From the NCBI RefSeq assembly GCF_018350175.1, contig NC_058368.1, positions 140,060,001 to 140,124,000 of the forward strand: a stretch of DNA of 64,000 nt, given 5' to 3'. Position numbers and translations under genes: made by a program. Under the pieces are notes generated by a model. It was not told the origin of the DNA and made no database searches. It worked only from the letters and a program-made list of their open reading frames with translations. This stretch comes from Felis catus. Taxonomy: Eukaryota. Shown piece after piece: positions 24,791-37,744 of the stretch; the stretch's first letter is position 1, and every line of letters starts with the position of its first letter.

Positions 24791-25854
24791 AGCACTCGAC
24801 TCTACCCTTAATAGCACCAAACCCACCCCAACAGGCATTTAGTATGAACACTAATTAGCATGGAAAATTATTTTTAGCAGGCTGTTAGAATTTGAAAAAT
24901 AAGGCATTCAGAGAGCGATATGATGGCATATCGAGAGAGGTGACACTCCTTGATAAGGAAGCTGTTTCACCCACTACTATTCCACCAGATGTGTCTTGTG
25001 GCCTCTGACACAGACCTCTGACTCAAATGCATTTAGTTCCTTTTTTTTTTCTCAAATGCATTTAATTCCTGAAAGAATCATAGCTTCCTTCTCTCCCTTT
25101 CCTCTACCTGCTCTCATTCTGCCAATATGATTATTCAGAACACTGATTGTCATGTTTAAATAGAACAACACTTTTCTTAAAACTGGGTTAAGATTTTACA
25201 TTAGGAAGAGGACATATTAACCTTATACCATCCACTTCAATCAACAAAACCAGTGACTGGAGGAGATAAGATATGGGACAGTTAAGCTTTAATGGGGGTT
25301 GAGGAATGGACAGGCAGAAAGAACATACTGCAAGTGTGGAATTATGTCTGAGCCTGATGGCATCCCAAAGTTGGGGGCCTTCGTCAGCTGGGGCCATGAG
25401 AGGTCCCAGTGTTTTGAGAGAGGAAGGGGTGCGGGGCCGGGAGGGACTAAAGAGGGTCATGGGAACATTCACATACAGAATTTTGACAGGGAATTAAAAA
25501 AAAAAACACCTTTTCCCAGTTCAGGAATGGTTCTTGGAGAAAATAATAGTTTTTAATACTCTATTTAAAATTCATTGGGTCCATGTAGACAATTTCTTGG
25601 TTGTGGATTGTGGTTGTGACTACTGAAATATCACCCTTACACATTTGCTCTGGAGATCCCCCTAATGCAATGCCTCTTGAGCCTCATGGAAGAGAACACC
25701 ACTCCCCCAGCTCAATCAGGAACATTTGGGATTGAAGTCTGAATGTCAAGCTAGTCAAAGGTACAATACCATTTCCATAATTTCTGCTGTTCAGTTGTGA
25801 CAGGTGAATTCCACTGGGAGAAAGAACAGGTGGGAGTGACAGTAGACATGGGGT

Positions 25855-25990
25855 GTCTTTGGGGGTTGACCAAAGTTCTACAATTGATCATGGGAGTGGC
25901 CACACAACCCTGTGAATATACTAAAAACCATTCATTTGTACCCTTTAAATGGGCAAATCGTATGTGAACTATATCTCAATAAAGCTGTAA
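25855..25990 (+). mobile_element. L1MB-like 3' terminal stub
   Basis: ctgtgaatatactaaaaaccatt…tgtgaactatatctcaataaagctg. Confidence 0.75.
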
Positions 25991-27334
25991 TATGTATCTT
26001 TAAAAATCACTGGAAACATATCTAGGGGTACAAAGAAGAGAAAATTCTTTGTGAATTATAAGGTGACTCTCTGGCCAACCATGGATAGCTATGCATCCAA
26101 AAAGCTAAGGGCAAATTGCAGGAAGCTTGTCATCCAAGACAGGAGAAGATTAATTGTGAAACTTTTCAAGAAGCATAGGTAAAAATGATTTAAAAAAATA
26201 AGACCTTTTTCTGTTGCATCACCTACCCATTACTTTTGTAATTTTTTAAGGAGGTAAAGTAACCAGAGGGACTGCAAAGAGGAGGTAAGTATGTGGCCTA
26301 TTTCAGTAAATATTTCATTTATTTATTTTTAAGTATACAATGTCTCTCAAGAGCTGAGATGATGTGGTTGGATTGAGAAGAGTGGGATTGTTCATGTACT
26401 GTTACTATAACAATTGAAGTTTCAGAAACAGGAGTTCATAGATAGACAACCATGACTGCTAGCCTATAGCCCTCACTGCCAGTTCATGTTTTAGGGTCCT
26501 GAAAACCCTCTGTATTGGTTTGTTTGTGCTTATTGGGCTCAGAGATAATAATGCCTTTCCTTTAAGCATATCATCCAAAACATTTGAGGGCTTGGAGGTG
26601 CGGGGAAAAGGGGGAAAGAAGAACAGCAAAACATCACTATCAAGTAATGAGCCTAGTGGCTTTGCAAGCCTCAGAAAGTGGAAAAAGTAGTGAGCAAACC
26701 TAGCTTCATCTCACTCCCCTGAGTGAGAAGAGGGGACCACTTGGGGTATGAAGTCTGGACATCTGGGTCGAGGCTTCCCATTTCTCAGGGCTGTGGGTGT
26801 GAAGCTGAGAAACTGTGAGGTGCCTTGGGAGAAACCAAAGCAAAAGTCAGGCAGACTGTTGAAGCGAGTTGCCCAACAGAAAAGGCCAGGCCGAGAGGGA
26901 GATTTAAATACACATGGCTCTAGAGGGAAACCACTTGAGGCAAAGGGGTTGAATCAGAGGTTGAAGGTGGGGCTAAGACACCATTTCAGTGGACCTTATG
27001 GAGTGTTGCAGGGTCCTACAGGTTGGATGAAGAGGGACAAGGAAGAGGAAGGAACCGTTAACGGCACTGCCTATTCCTTGTTCTATCTCAACTTTTCCGA
27101 GGGCCAAGTCAAAGAATTATGGAATCTAGTAGTTTGACCTACCAGCCAGGCAGTCCACAAAACCTCCAAGCATATGAGTGTTTACATTTAAGGACCTCCA
27201 GAGTGGTTGCCAGATCCATTCCCAAACCACCCTTAATACCAGAAAGTCCTTCCTTACATCAAAATGCACAGTTCCTGCTAATAAAACCCATTTCTTATCT
27301 TGGCCCCTTGCTGGCTGGACATCAACACACAGCT

Positions 27335-27490
27335 GGTGAATGTTTGGGAAGCCATAAGCTCTCTAAGGGTTAGTCTCCTCATTTGTAAAATTGGCATAAT
27401 GCTAGGGCCTGTCTTGCAGGGTTATTGTAGAGATTGACCGAGACGAGATTTATAAAGCATACAGATCACTTCTTGGCACAGGGTATGCAT
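27335..27490 (+). mobile_element. MIR
   Basis: agtctcctcatttgtaaaattggcataat…cagggttattgtagagatt. Confidence 0.7.
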
Positions 27491-29334
27491 TGTTTTCGGC
27501 ATCAGAATCAGTCCTAGTATTAGTTGTTGTGTTTCTTTTAGTAATACTGAGGCACATAGCCTGTGCTAATCAAAAAAGGCTCCTATCTGACAAATAACGG
27601 AAACTCTAGATTTCTTGAAAATTCTAGTGACCAAAAAAATGTAGATACTGGTAAACTGAGTGTTCACTGTGTGATAGACCCTCTGGTGTGTTCTATTTAT
27701 ATTATATCTTTTTATCTGCAGGATGACCCTGTGAATAAAAAGAATTCCATTTTACACATTTGAGAACAAGCTCAGAAAATTGACTTGACCAGGTACCCCA
27801 ACTAGTAGGTTTAGGAATGGAACTTGAATCTAGTTCTGTATGACTCCAATACCTTAGTGTGAGAGCAACCACAGGAGCATGAGGTTGGGTTTTGCTGTCA
27901 CAGTGGCATCGAGGACACCCTGTTGGGGGCTGAGGAGCACAACCTAAATCTCAAGGTTAAGGCTGTACCAGCAATTCCTTCATTTTCCTTCGAATCTGTC
28001 ATTGGTCTATAGCTTTGCCCATAAAGATTTCTAAAATATTCTGGAAGCCGTTTATGTTTTCAGTGTGTACTGGCCTTTATATTAACAAATTCAAGTTTTT
28101 CCATAAGCCAGTACGTTTTTAAGTAGTGCAGGGTTTTTCTGAAATGGCTTGTGGCTGACACAGCCTCAGAGGAGAAGACCCAGTGGGTGCCATTTCCAGT
28201 CACACACCCTGTCCATTCCATTTCATTCCATTCTACTTTCATCCGGTTTGTATTTTAGGGCTCCACGTAAGAAGATATCTTTAGGGAGGAAAAAATATTC
28301 TGCTGCTAAAAATATAAATATTTGAAAACCAAAGCTTTAAACTATTGTTGGTAATACTTGTATTTATTTGTCTCAAAACACATTATTCAAAAATGCCCGA
28401 TTCTCATTTCTTGCATTCTATGATTTCAGGAATAATTGTCAAGGTTTCCTAGATTTGTTGTAATTTCCATGTTAGGTATGTTAATTTTTCTTGACTAATA
28501 TGCTTTCCCTCGGAGAACCTCCCTCTAATAATACCATGTGCTTCTATGAGAGCTCCTTACCCAGCCTTGGCTGTTCCTGCATCCCATCCCACAGGCAAAC
28601 TGATTCATCCAGGAATTGATATGTGGTGAAGCAGAACAAATTTGAGTCTTTTCCTAGATCAATATTCAAAGCATTAGCTGGTGAATGAAACCATGCAGGG
28701 ATGAGCAAAACAGAGAATGGAGGGAAAATCAGAGTCCTAATGAAATTATTTGAGCTCCTGGATCCAGTTGGACTTGAAACCATGTTCCTATCTGGATTCT
28801 CCCATTTAAATGAGTCAAGACTTCACCTCTTCCTGGATGTCTTATAAGATCAATCCAATTGATCTTGACTGCTGTATCTGTTCTGTTCCTGACATTTAAG
28901 GCTTTGCACTTTATTCTTTTGTGCACATTGAGAATGCTGTTGTAAAAAACTATCCTTTGGTTATTCCAAATGTAGACCTTGTGTGTTTCCTCAACCGGGA
29001 AGCAAGCTCCTCAAGGAAGGAGCCATTCATTGTCTTAACATCTGTAACCTCTGAGAGAGTCTTAATGATTGAGCATTTGACTTTCCCAGAAGGTAGTAAT
29101 GCTTTTTCTTTAGGGAAATTTGAACATTTTGCCTTTTTATGATACTAGGAGTGACTGTCAGCTGTTGAAAACTCTGCCCAGTGGCCAGCCTCATGGATAC
29201 ATGTGTTGTGACCATGTCCTCAATTGTGATCCTTACCACTTGCCTTCATATAAGTGTACTTTTCATGATCTTCTTTTGTCTACCAGCTCCTTTAACCTGC
29301 TTTCAGCGGGAGATGCTATGTAAGAGGCAAAATG

Positions 29335-31808
29335 TTTTTGTTTTTTAATTCTAGTATAGTTATGATTCAATGTTATATTAGTTTCAGATGTATAGTATAG
29401 TGATTCAGTACTTCCATACATTGCCCGGTGCTCATCATGATAAGTGTACTCATAATCCCTGTCACCCATTTCACATCCTCCCCCCACCTCCCTTCTGGTA
29501 ACCATCAACTTGTTCTCTATAGTTAGGACTCTTTTGGCTTGTCTCTTTTTGCCTTGTTTTGTTTCTTAAATTCCACATATGAGTGAAACCATATGATGTT
29601 TGTATTTCTCTGACTCACTTCACTTAGTATTACATGGATAGATCCATCTATGTTGTTGCAAATGATAAGATCTCATTCCTTTTTATGCCTGAGTAATATT
29701 GCCTTGTATATACATACCACATCTTGTTTATCCATTGTTCTTTCAGTGGACACTTGGGCTGCTTCCATGATGTGGGTATTGTAAATAATGCTGCAATAAA
29801 CAAAGGGGTGCATATATCATGTTTTTGTGTTCTTTGGGTAAATATCCAGTAGTGAAATTACTGGATCATATGGTAATTCTATTTTTAATTTTTTGACAAA
29901 CGTCCATACTGTTTTCCACATTGCACCAGTGTGCATTCACACCAACAGTGCCCAGAACTTCCTTTTTATCCACATTCTCACCAATACTTGTTATTTCTTG
30001 TATTTTTGATTCTAGCAGTCCTTACAGGTAGGAGGTGATATTGTGGTTTTCATTTGCATTTCCATGACAATGAGGGATGATGAGCATCTTTTCCTGTGTC
30101 TGTTAGCCATTGGTATGCCTTTTTTGGAGAAAAGTTTGTTCATGCCTTCTGCCCATTTTTTAATTGGATTATTTGGGAGGGGGTGGTGTTGACTTGTACC
30201 AGTTCTTTATGTTTTGGATGCTAACCCTTTATCAGTTATATCATTTGCAAATATCTTCTCCCATTTAGTAGGTTGTCTTTTAGTTTTATTGTTTCCTTTG
30301 CTGTGCAGAAGCTTTTTATTTTGTTTTTTTTTTTTTATTTTTTTTTTAACGTTAATTATTTTTGAGACAGAGAGAGATAGAGCATGAACGGGGAAGGGGC
30401 AGAGAGAGAGGGAGACACAGAATCAGAAGCAGGCTCTAGGCTCTGAGCCATCAGCCCAGAGCCCGACGCGGGGCTCGAACTCACGGACCGCGAGATCGTG
30501 ACCCGGGCTGAAGTCGGACGCTCAACTGACTGAGCCACCCAGGCGCCCCGAAGCTTTTTATTTTGATGTAGGCCCAATACTTTATTTTTGTTTTTGTCTC
30601 AGGAGGCATACCTAGAAAAAAGTTGCTATGACCAATGCCAGAGAAATTACCACCTATGCTCTCTTCTAGGATTTTTATGGTGACAGGTGTCATATTTAGG
30701 TCCTTAGTCCATTTGGAATTTAATTGTGTTTATGGTGTAACAAAGTGGTCCAATTTCATTCTTCTACATGTAACTGTCCAGTTTTCCCAACATCATTTGT
30801 TGAAGAGATTATCCTTTTCCTAATTATATATTCCTTTCTCCTTTGTTGAAGATTAATTGACCATATAATTGTGGGTTTATTTCTGAGCTCTCTATTCTGT
30901 TCTATTGATCTGTGTGTCTACTTTTGTGCCAGTACCATACTGTTTTAATTACTACAGCTTTGTAGTATCACGTGAAATCTGGAATTGTGATATCCCCAGT
31001 TTTGTTTTTATTTTTCAAGATTGCTTTGGCTATTTGGGGTCTTTTGTAGTTCCCTACAAATTTTAGGATCATTTGTTCTAGTCCTGTGGAAAATGCTGTT
31101 GGTATTTTGATAGGGATGGCATTAAACCTGTATATTGTTTTGGGTAGTATATACTTTTAAACAACATTTGGTCTTCCTATACATGTGTACGGAATGTCTT
31201 TCCACTTGTTTGGGTTGCCTTCAATTTCTTTCATTGGTGATGTATAGTTTTCAGTTTAAGTCTTTCACTTCCTTGGATAAGTTTATTCCTAGGTATTTTA
31301 TTATTTTTGGCACAATTATAAATGGGATTGTTTTCTTAATATCTCTTTCTGCGCTTCATTATCAGTGTATACAAATGCAATAGATTTCTGTACATTGATT
31401 TTGTATCCTGACACCTTACTGCATTCATTTATCATTTCTAGTAGTTTTGGGGTGGAGTCTTTTGGGTTTTCTATACATAGTATCATGTCTTTTCTCTTTA
31501 TTTTTGCATATCTATTACTGGTTTTTGATTTGTGATTACCATTAGGTTTGTACGTAACATCTTATGCAGATAACAGTCTACATTAAGTTGATGGTCACTT
31601 AAGTTTGAACCCATTTCTTACTGTTCTCCACTGCCCACTGTTTTAGGTATATGGTGTTATACTTTACGTCCTTTTATTTTGTGACTTTTTTGACTGATTT
31701 TTATAGATGTACTTCTTTTTACTGCTTTTGTGTTTCCTACTTTTCTTACTCCTACTTATGGTCTTTCCTTTCCACTCAAAGAGTCCCCTTTAACATTTCT
31801 TGTAGGGC
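29335..31808 (-). mobile_element. Carnivore L1, 3' end to RT, joined to an ORF1-end/inter-ORF segment
   Basis: L1_Carn-like 3' UTR at 29340; ORF2 antisense to ~31489; then ccactcaaagagtcccctttaacatttcttgtagggct (ORF1 end). Confidence 0.87.
30324..30549 (-). mobile_element. CAN-SINE, young SINEC_Fc
   Basis: CpG-rich; perfect TSD gaagctttttattttg (30308-30323/30550-30565). Confidence 0.97.
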
Positions 31809-31809
31809 T

Positions 31810-31910
31810 TCTCCCACTAGACTATAAACTCTACCAAGGCAGGGATTTTGTTTTGGTTTGGTTTGCTGTATCCCTAGTACCTAGAACAGTGCCTGTTACA
31901 CAGTAATAGT
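31810..31910 (+). mobile_element. L2 3' end
   Basis: cccactagactataaactctaccaaggcaggga…gctgtatccctagtacctagaacagtgcctg. Confidence 0.75.
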
Positions 31911-32133
31911 TGAAGAGTATGTTGTTTCCTCAGAAGGGAAAGCATGTAGAGTGAGTGACTATCAGGCCTCCCCAAGGCATTTTCAGGGTGCAGAGAAGTT
32001 CATGATCATTGGGATCCCAGCTGCGGGCCTGCTTCATGGGTGATCACTGCCTGCTAATTATTCAGGAGAAAGATAGCTGAATTATGGTAGTGCCTGAATT
32101 ATGGTAGTGCTTGTAAAGTGCAGCAATTTTCTT

Positions 32134-32351
32134 TTTTTCCCTTTTTTTTTTACCTTTATTTATTTTTGAAAGACAGAGAAAGAGCACCAGCAGGAGAGGG
32201 GCAGAGAGAGACACACACAAAGAATCTGAAGCAGGCTTCAGGCTCTGAGTTGTCAGCACAGAGCCCAATGTGGGGCTCAGACCCACGAACCTTGAGATCA
32301 TGACCTGAGCTGAAGTCAGATGCTTAACTGACTGAGCCACCCAGGTGCCCC
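32134..32351 (-). mobile_element. CAN-SINE
   Basis: TSD cagcaattttctt. Confidence 0.95.
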
Positions 32352-32525
32352 AGCAATTTTCTTAAAATTGGTTAATGTGAGTGTTAGAAGGGGGTGAATC
32401 TTACAAAATTTCAGACTTCAGTCTTACGGGAGTTTATAGAAGAACTTTCACATAGAAAAATGAAATCCAAAATTCTTTTTTAAGAAATCATTTTCCTCCT
32501 CCCTCTTATGATTTTTGAACTTTTT

Positions 32526-32741
32526 TTTAAATATTTTTTTAACGTTTATTTATTTTTGGGACAGAGAGAGACAGAGCTGAACAGGGGAGGGGCAGAGAGA
32601 GAGGGAGAAACAGAATCTGAAACAGGCTCCATGCTCTGAGCCATCAGCCCAGAGCCTGACGCGGGGCTCGAACTCAAGGACCACGAGATCGTGACCTGGC
32701 TGAAGTCAGACGCTTAACCGACTGAGCCACCCAGGCGCCCC
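32526..32741 (-). mobile_element. CAN-SINE, young SINEC_Fc
   Basis: TSD tgattt(t/c)tgaacttttt. Confidence 0.96.
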
Positions 32742-33221
32742 TGATTTCTGAACTTTTTAATGTCATGTTTGACCTCTGAGGGAAAAAAATAGGGAATTAA
32801 ATGAAAACAAGAGTCAGTTTCAGTTATTTTGAAGGCGTTGAGATTATTTTGGACTCTAACACTAAAATAGGATAAAAACTTAGAGGCTTCACCTTCAGTA
32901 TAGTTTCTTTGGAATCAAATAGTTTTCCCTCCTACGCCAGAGGGACTGAAAAGGTCCAGGTAGTATGCAAGGATCCAGGTATAGGTATTGGATATGTCTT
33001 TTTTTGTGCAATTAACAGCACACTACGTGTAATGAAATTTAGGAATAAGGGGAGTAGGGGTTGTAAAGACATTGCCCATTTTAGCCTGGATTGTTAATTT
33101 CATGAAGCATATATTACCGATGGGATCATTAACACCTTGTTTTATGTCTGACCCTAAAGCAAAGTAGAAACACATTTCCAGCCTATAGAACCGACAGGCT
33201 GTTTTTAAAGAGCCAACTCCT

Positions 33222-33440
33222 GGGGCGCCTGGGTGGCTCAGTCGGTTAAACGGCCGACTTCAGCTCAGGTCACGATCTCGCGGTCCATGAGTTCGAGCCC
33301 CGCATCGGGCTCTGTGCTGACAGCTCAGAGCCTGGAGCCTGTTTCAGATTCTGTGTCTCCTTCTCTCTCTGACCGTCCCCCGTTCATGCTCTGTCTCTCT
33401 CTGTCTCAAAAATAAATAAACGTTAAACAAGAAAAAAAAA
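33222..33440 (+). mobile_element. CAN-SINE
   Basis: Perfect TSD aaagagccaactcct (33207-33221/33441-33455). Confidence 0.97.
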
Positions 33441-34095
33441 AAAGAGCCAACTCCTAAAAGCAGGTAAAAATAGAGCCTTCCTTTCACACCACCAAGATGG
33501 CAGCTGTGTGGGTGGAAGGTGCATTGTTAGTTGATGGCATACCGGGAGATAAAGTAACTGTTTCTTAAGAGGAAAAAGAAAGCAGACAGATACTGAGAAA
33601 AAAAAAATCCAGGAGTTCTGTGTAAACACACTTTTACAGCTTTACTTCTCAAGCTGGCATGACAGGGCTTAGCTGGAATTTGAGGAAATAGAAACCACCT
33701 CCCCGCCCCCGACCCAGGAGATGAGAGAAAAACAAAGCTAGCCATTTTGACATTACCAGCTAAGACCTCTAAAATTCTGGGACTCTGCCTTCTGCATGTT
33801 TTCTGTGGAAAACTGTGTGAGTTATAACAACTTAGAATGAATAGCCATAATTTATCTGTTGCTAGCTTGCTGAGGGCTAGGCACCAAGTTAACCATCTAG
33901 CCATCTTCTTTAGCCTTCAAAATGACTAATGTTAATAGGTCGTACTCCCATTCTAGAAATGACAAACTCCTATCTGTTAAAAGTTTAGAGTAGTTAGATT
34001 ATTTGCCTGAGGTTATATAGTAGAACTAGGCTTGAGCCCAGATCTATTTATCTCTGAACTCTGTGTGTTTAAACATCCTGCCATATTGCCTATCA

Positions 34096-34962
34096 CATTG
34101 CTTCTCAACCTTTCCAAATCTAATCCCTTAATAGTGGATATTTTAAATATTCCTTTATTATTCTAAAATAATGTCGTAGATATTGTTGACTACTTTATAA
34201 TTTTGAGAAACACCCAGAATTCTGAGTATAAGAAAAAGAGAAGAAAGGAATAGATTTTACAATAATATGTTATTCAAATACCTAAATGAGCAAGCTTGAC
34301 TACATTAGAAGGTACAGTAAAATCATCAGGTGCTTGTATGTATGTGGAGAATCATTATGAATACAAACATCATTAGCAGTGTTATAATGGGTAACATGGA
34401 TTTTTGAAATAGAAACCACTTCTTGCTCAGACTCAGCAAAACTTAGTGCAACCTACCTTCAACTTATACAATAGCTGCATTCTTGGGTAATTTAATAAAA
34501 ATGAAAGTCTAAACTCTCCCCCCCCCCATGTTTTCTGTTCATATGAAAAGCATATTTTGGTTATATAAGCTCAGCTGATGATGAACATGAATGCTGGGGT
34601 GTCTGGGTGGTTCAGTTGGTTGAGCATCTGACCAGCTCAGGTCATGATCTCACAGTTTGTGAGTTCAAGCCCCACATCAGGCACTGCGCTGACAGCTTAG
34701 AGCCTGGAGCCTGCTTTGGATTATGTGTCTCCCTCTCTCTCTGTCCCATTTGTATTCTGTCTCCGTCTCAAAAATAAATAAACATTAAAACAAATTTAAA
34801 ATAAGTAAACATGAATGCTAGTTGGGGCATTTGAATGCCAAGAGATGCAGGACTCCTACCAGCTAAATGCCAAAAGCAAATCGAAAACCCCATGAAACAT
34901 ACCACCACAAATTTTTCACAACATTCCCTAAGCGGCAGTACCACCCCGTTGAAGAACTATTG
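34096..34962. mobile_element. Non-autonomous hAT-Charlie-like element containing a SINE
   Basis: Inverted termini cattgcttctcaac…gttgaagaactattg resembling Charlie TIRs. Confidence 0.5.
34596..34807 (+). mobile_element. CAN-SINE
   Basis: TSD aacatgaatgct (34584-34595/34808-34819). Confidence 0.94.
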
Positions 34963-35192
34963 GCAAAATTCAGACCAATTTTAGAGTTCAGACCACTTTG
35001 TTAAGACGAAAATTACTGCCATCCAGGGCTCTGTGAAAATACAGTGTAAGATTTCTAATTCAAGAAATTCAGATCCAAATATCTAATGCAACTCCTCAGA
35101 TCCAAATCTCCCATCTTTTCTCACATTCATTAAGGTCAGCCAGACCAAGCAAGCACACTCATGTTCTCCTAAGACAGATGGACACCTGTGAA

Positions 35193-35220
<28 letters not shown>
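35193..35220. repeat. (AC)14 microsatellite
   Basis: Direct inspection. Confidence 0.95.
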
Positions 35221-35223
<3 letters not shown>

Positions 35224-35499
35224 TGCCCCTAATCAGCTTAGGTCTTTCCAGCTACTTGATTAAGGAACTAAAGGTATATTCACCCTAATACAAGTTACCA
35301 GATCTAATTACATATATTCCAGAACCATTGATTATCTTAATGTCTACATTTACTGCAGCCCCTCTGACTGGTGTAGAAATGCGCTTTGTAAAAAGTCTAA
35401 AAGTAACAAATTAGTAAAAGATACACTTGTAAACACGTGTAAGTACTAGTCAAGGGCGTACAGTGATTTCCATCCCACTCTTTTTTGTTCTTGGATAGC

Positions 35500-35895
35500 C
35501 TAGAAGATGGAGCTAGTTTTTGCTCACCAAATATTCCATGTGATTCACTATCATTTTTCAGCCTTCCTTGTAGCTAAAACAGGGGCTGCGTGACTAATTT
35601 TGCCTAAGGCTGGGAGTAGAAATGATGTATGTCACTTCTAGGGTGAGTCCTTAACAACAGCTCTGACTTCATCCTCTCGGATTCCTCTGCCACAGCAGAT
35701 AAGGAAGCTGAGTTTTCTAGATGGCTCAGCTATAAGTTGGTGGGTGGAGCCCCCGGCCCTGAGTGACTGTATGCAGCAGAGTTCGTGACCCACCCTGGAC
35801 ATTTAGCATGAGCAAAAAATAAAGCTGAACAAAAACAAAGCCCGCTGAAATTTGGGATTTTTTTTTTAACTTGCTGGCCTTCCGTGCCTGATATA
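35500..35895 (+). mobile_element. MaLR LTR (MLT1I/J-like)
   Basis: agtagaaatgatgtatgtcacttct…ccctgagtgactgtatgcagcagag…tggacatttagcatgagcaaaaaataaa. Confidence 0.7.
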
Positions 35896-36439
35896 TGCAC
35901 TTTGTTAATCATTAGAATGTGTATGAAGGAGCTAGTGTCCTGAACCCCTTCTTCTATACTGTACTTCTGCATCACATTTCACGGAGGTATGTTACAAATG
36001 CCAATAAATCTGATCTGAACTATTATCTTAAAGAAATATGTTTTATTTTTATGGACTAATTCTTATTTTTACAAAGCTTCTTCACTTATGTCATTGATGA
36101 TTGGCTTTGATGAAAGAGGCATGTAGGATACATTCTTAAGGGGTAAATTGTTACTAATGTATAATCGACCATCTTGAGGAATTTCCCTGTAAGATTTTAC
36201 AACCTTTTGAAGTAAATTACCTTGTGGCAAAGTTACTCAAATCTTTTGGAGCTCAAAATCTTTTCAGTGATCATAGTCATCAGTTTTACAGAAAAACTAC
36301 AGAATATATCATAAAACCATGTATATAATTGTTATTATGTTAAATCATTTTCATTTCCTTCCGGAGGTAGTTTCTTCTCTGATGTTTAAAACAGTGTGAC
36401 CCAATGGAAACAACATGAGCTTTGGAGTCCGTATTATAT

Positions 36440-36900
36440 AGACTTTAGGAAGTAAAGAAATTAACTTTCTTATCTACCTGAAAAGTTCATGGATTCTCTG
36501 GGTTTAGGGATGTCTGGATTCAGACTCTTAGAAGATATCATTAAGACCAGTTTCTCTCCATCTCTTATCTCTGATTTCTACTCTCATCTTTGTTCTCATC
36601 TTTAAGCAGGCTATCTCCTTTTAGTAGCAAGAGGTTACCAGCTATGGGCATTTGCCTTCAAAATCCCAGTGCAGCAGAAAAAAAGAAAAAAAAATTCCTT
36701 CCTCTCTTTTATTGTCTCCAGAAAAAGCCATGCATTTCTCTCTGATAGACTGTGGTCATGTCATCTGACACTTCTGGCCACTATGCCCAGGAGGACACCG
36801 TGACTTGATCAAGTGTGCCAGGGTCCCACAGGAACCCTGGGAGCGGCAGAGTCAACCCATCCGAACCATGAGAGGCACGAATGCTGGACAAGCAAAGCCG
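36440..36900 (-). mobile_element. MaLR LTR (MLT1K/L-like)
   Basis: ctggattcagactc…gtttctctccatctc…ggtcatgtc antisense MLT1K-type motifs. Confidence 0.55.
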
Positions 36901-37744
36901 ACACACTTCCACTGCAGATGCAGACACATCTGAGTTTGCAACCTCTCAGGACAGTTACTATGTCCCTGACCTCGTGTAGATCATTTCTCCTTTCTGATCC
37001 TGAGGTTTTCCATCTCTGAAGTGGTGGGTTCTTGTGATGATGTAATGGGTAGAACACTGAAAAGCCCCTCATTCAAGGCAAATGACAGAGGAATTCCATA
37101 AATGGCAGCCCAAAGTCAGTTCACTTGGTATTAAATAACTGCATGAAGCATCGCACTGTTACGATTGCCATCATTGTTGAAAACCTTTAGGGCCTGGTTT
37201 TCTTCCTGCTCCACCCACTCGGAGAGAGAATCTTCTTGCTGGCTCAGTGAACCAAGGCAAGGTCATTAACATTACTAAAATTCACACCTGCGTTAGCTGC
37301 ATCGAAGCAGCTGTGTTTATTATCATAACTCACCAATCTTTCCATGGTAATTTCTCACTTATTATCAAGAGGTGGGGAATTCTGTTTTCCTTGATTATAA
37401 ATATAACCTCTATAGTTTCATCATGAAAAAAATTAATTTGACATCAGCCCTCCAGGGCATTCATTGTCTTTCTCTCTCTGGCTCTCATCAGCCTCTAGCT
37501 TTACGTTCAGCATTGTTTTGTTCTTCTACTGAATATACAATCTGAGACCTAACCGGAAACTGCCATTCCACTGGGCCTGATCCTTTATCAATAATAATGA
37601 GTTAATTTTTATAAAATAATCTCCATCACCAAGCTTTTAAAAATAGGACTTGAGCAGCTCCTCATTAATCTTTGTAGGGTAGATTAGAGTTTCTTCTGAA
37701 ACTTCATAGTTAGTCAACAAAATACACATTTAACATCTAACTAC

